A stretch of DNA of 64,000 nucleotides from Malacoraja senta (lineage: Eukaryota), in NCBI GenBank assembly GCA_038087875.1, contig CM075990.1:2730001-2794000 (forward strand), read 5' to 3'. This document shows, in pieces, positions 60,789 through 64,000 of the stretch. The translations under genes were made by a program, and so were the position numbers. Numbering within the stretch: position 1 is the stretch's first letter; each line of letters opens with the position of its first letter. Under the pieces are notes generated by a model. The model saw nothing but the letters and a program-made list of their open reading frames with translations. It ran no database searches and was not told the origin of the DNA.

Positions 60789-61015
60789 GACCCTTTTTCA
60801 GTCTGAGAGTCAGGGGAGAGGGAGACATAGAGATATGGAAGGGTAAGGTGTGAAAACAAAAGATTAAAGGGGCAGGAGTTCAAGGAAGAGGTAGAATAGA
60901 TCACTGTTCGCGAGGGGGAGTTGACAACGAAGTGGACAAAGATAAAGTTTAATCAGGGGGACAGTCAGACTGGTCGGAGAACTAGGATGGGAGAGGGATG
61001 AAAGCAAGGGTTACA
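60789..61015 (-). mobile_element. PLE 3' UTR fragment
   Basis: Resembles the 28420-28800 PLE 3' region. Confidence 0.55.
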
Positions 61016-61119
61016 TGAAGCAAGGCAGCAACTCTACCGCCGTGCCACGGTGCTTTAGAAGAAGGGAATTCTGAAGAAAAAGAAAAACTAAAATGCCACA
61101 ATTCTGTCTTAAATGTGTG

Positions 61120-61300
61120 TTTTTTCCCTGGGTTCTGTGGTTCCTCCTACATTCCAAGGACATGCAGGTTTGTAGGTTAATTGGCTTTTGCAAATTGTCC
61201 CTAGTGTGTAGGATAGAACTAGTGTACGGGGATCGCTGGTCGCCGCGGACTCGGTGGGCCAAAGGGCTTGTTTCAATGCTGTATCCCGAAACTAAACAAA
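61120..61300 (+). mobile_element. SINE 3' half
   Basis: Core and tail match. Confidence 0.8.
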
Positions 61301-62213
61301 ATGAAACCGATTGTTCCACATCTCGTCTTGTGCCCTCAAAAGAAAACATTTTAGGGTTTGGAATCTGGAAGGGATACTTATATTCCTTATATACTTATAT
61401 AGTCAGTCTGAAGAATGGTCTCGACCCGAACCGTCACCAATTCCTCCTCTCCAGAAATGCTGCCTGTCCCGTTGAGTTACCCCAGCATTTTGTGTCTGCT
61501 CAGGCCTTTTGCTCCTTCTCGATAGCAGAGAGGATTTGATGTCTTAACTTCCCCAACATTATCTCATCACTTCTCTCTTCACTTGCACAACAGTGTGAAG
61601 GATTTGTGCAGGGAGCTGTTCAGAAATATTGATTGGAGGAAGCGCTGCACATGAAAGGTGGAGGGAATTTTTACCTTATTGTCTGTTTCAATACTCAACA
61701 AGGAACATGTCACAGCAAAGAAAAACGCCAGCAATAAATATGTCCCTTGGAAATATGACGCAGAGGACGGTGTGAATGCCTGGGCTTTTCCGACATTGTC
61801 AGCTCAACAGAATCATTACCTAAAGACCATACTCTCTATCATAGTCATATAGTCATAGTGTCATGCAACGTTGGAACAGACCCTTCGGCCCCACTTCCCC
61901 ACACTGCCCAACATGTCCTAGCTACACTAATCCCAGCTACACTTGTCCCACCTACACTTTGTCCATATCCCTCCAATCCTGCACTTCTTCAGTCTGGTTT
62001 AGTGAGGGGGGGGAGAGCTGGAAGAAAGATGGAGGCAGGACGTAGCTTGGTAAGTGATAGGTGGATACAGGTTAGCGGGGGGTGGGGGTGTGGGCAGATG
62101 GTTGGACCCTCCTTTAGACCTAAAACGCCACTCATGCATGCAGTCAAGCACCTTGTGCCCGCTGCTCAATATTGCAGCATCTGCAGTTCATTGTGGCAAT
62201 GTTGATCTTAATA

Positions 62214-62238
62214 CAGAGGGAGAGAGAGAAGGTGAGAG

Positions 62239-62320
<82 letters not shown>

Positions 62321-62730
62321 AGGGAGAGGGAGAGGGAGAGGGAGAGGGAGAGGGAGAGGGAGAGGGAGAGGGAGAGGGAGAGGGAGAGGAAGGGGGAGGG
62401 TGAGGGAGAGGGAGATGGAGAGAGACAGGGAGAGGGCAGGAGAGGGAGAGGGAGAGGGAGAGGGAGGAAGAGTGAGATGGAGAGGGAGATAGAGAGGGAG
62501 AGGGAGAGGGAGGGAGAGGGAGAGGGTGATAAAGAGAGGGGGAGATAGTGAGAAAGAGAGAACGAGGGACAGACAGAGAGAGCGAGAGAGTGAGAGAGAG
62601 AGTGAGAAGGAGAGGGAGAGGGAGAGAGAGATAGAGGGAGTGTGAAAGAGAGAGAGAGAGTGAAAGAGAGGGGGAGGGTGAGAAAGAGAGAGAGACAGAG
62701 ACAGTCAGGGACAGAGACGGAGAGAGAGCA
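62214..62730. repeat. (GA)n/(GAGAGG)n polypurine microsatellite
   Basis: Direct inspection. Confidence 0.97.
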
Positions 62731-63034
62731 ACAAGACTAATCCAAAATGTGAAGTAAATAAAGCATAAGGAACAAGGTTTCCAATTATGAGTGCCTCTGG
62801 GAGTAGTCAGCTCAAAGGGAAAATCTGCAGGAACATTAACTAGTGTCATCAGTATTTGATATGGCAGGGTTGTAATGAAGAACGATGAGAAACACGGCCA
62901 GAGGATATAAATCTAAATTAATTAAAAAACAAATTAAAATAAATATTAGGAAGCGCGTCTTTACTTGGGGAAAGACAGTCTCGTGCAAAGACAAAACAAT
63001 TCTATTCAAAAGATGAAATCAAAAATTCAGAAAA

Positions 63035-63292
63035 AGACACAAAGTGCTGGAGTAACTCAGCAGGTCAGGCAGCATCTGTGGAGAACGTGGATGGGTGATG
63101 TTTCGTGTTGGGACCCTTCATCAGAAATTCAACCTTGTTGAAAGGAACCTTTACCATCAGCTCTCAGAAGTGTCTCGACCTGAAACGTCACCTATTCCTC
63201 TTCTCCACGGATGCTGCCTGACTCGCTGAGTTACTCCAGCACTTTGTGTCTATCTTCGGAGTAAACCAGCGTCGGCTGTTCCATCCTACACA
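63035..63292. mobile_element. Fold-back PLE-terminus element
   Basis: Inverted arms GACACAAAGTGCTGGAGTAACTCAGC / GCTGAGTTACTCCAGCACTTTGTGTC with a short spacer. Confidence 0.8.
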
Positions 63293-63380
63293 CTGCAAGT
63301 GGAAATGCCGTCATCTGCAATTTTGATAAACTGAAACACTTTTAAGGGAAAACATGTGGAATTATTCTGGTAGATGGAAG

Positions 63381-63520
63381 GGGTGGAAGGTTGCAACCTT
63401 CACGTGGTCTGCCCTGTTTCGACTAATGCAACCAACTCGACGTGCACAAACAGAAAATCAAATAGAACAAGTTGTCCAACAACTTTAGGCCGAGCACGCC
63501 ACACGAAAGAAGAAGAAGAA
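63381..63520 (+). mobile_element. Short retroposon 3' fragment with (GAA)n tail, possibly Vingi/Ingi- or RTE-type
   Basis: Ends CACACGAAAGAAGAAGAAGAA. 12-bp TSD GGTAGATGGAAG at 63369-63380 and 63521-63532. Confidence 0.7.
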
Positions 63521-63789
63521 GGTAGATGGAAGAGAAGGAAAGACTGGCTGTTCTAAATAACATTGTCCCACACCACAATGGCCTGCCCATCATGGTTAAA
63601 GACATCCCCAACCTCCCTCCCAGTTGAATCTAGTCACTCCAGTTCCATTCTCCTTGGCTGACCTTTCAATGCCAGTTGTGTAAACATTCACGGCAAGCCC
63701 CATCCTCACCTCATCTGGTCGGTCGCTAAACGTACCTTTGTCACCCCTTCCCTTTCCATTTCCCGCCCTCCCCTCTCCTGTTCCCCACC

Positions 63790-64000
63790 TGGATGTGAAG
63801 AGGATGTTTCCACCAGTGGGAGAGTCTAGGACCAGAGGTCATAGGTTCAGAATTAAAGGACGTTCCTTTAGGAATGAGGAATTTCTTTCGTCAGAGGGAT
63901 GTGAATCTGTGGAATTCATCTGTGGAGGCCAAGCCAATGGATAATTTTAAGGCAGAGATAGATAGATTCTTGATTAGTACGGGTGTCAGGGGTTATGGGA
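63790..64000 (+). mobile_element. CR1 fragment running off the window edge
   Basis: DVKRMFPPVGESRTRGH homology. Confidence 0.85.

Overview
This is vertebrate genomic DNA, almost certainly from an elasmobranch and probably a skate or ray; that is inferred from the HE1/V-SINE-like and HER1/CR1-like repeats, and coordinates of old repeats are approximate. The only host coding sequence I can support is one 176-bp exon on the minus strand (21235-21410). It encodes the partial homeodomain of a Pax2/5/8 protein, most likely Pax5 exon 6, so the rest of the window appears to be intronic. The introns are packed with CR1 LINE fragments, tRNA-derived SINEs, Rex1/Babar fragments and long microsatellites. 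They also hold a young 5'-truncated Neptune-type Penelope-like element (PLE) with an uninterrupted RT + GIY-YIG frame, six PIF/Harbinger-like MITEs, one hAT element, a 200-N gap and several repeat-free islands that look like enhancers. Highlights: (1) a minimal hammerhead-ribozyme motif at the PLE 3' end that recurs in about ten short fold-back elements; (2) the Pax exon sits in the loop of an inverted CR1 pair; (3) different MITE families share TIR cores and an internal palindrome; (4) a PU.1/IRF composite motif lies in the intron equivalent to the mouse Pax5 B-cell enhancer intron. No prokaryotic features or CRISPR arrays are present.
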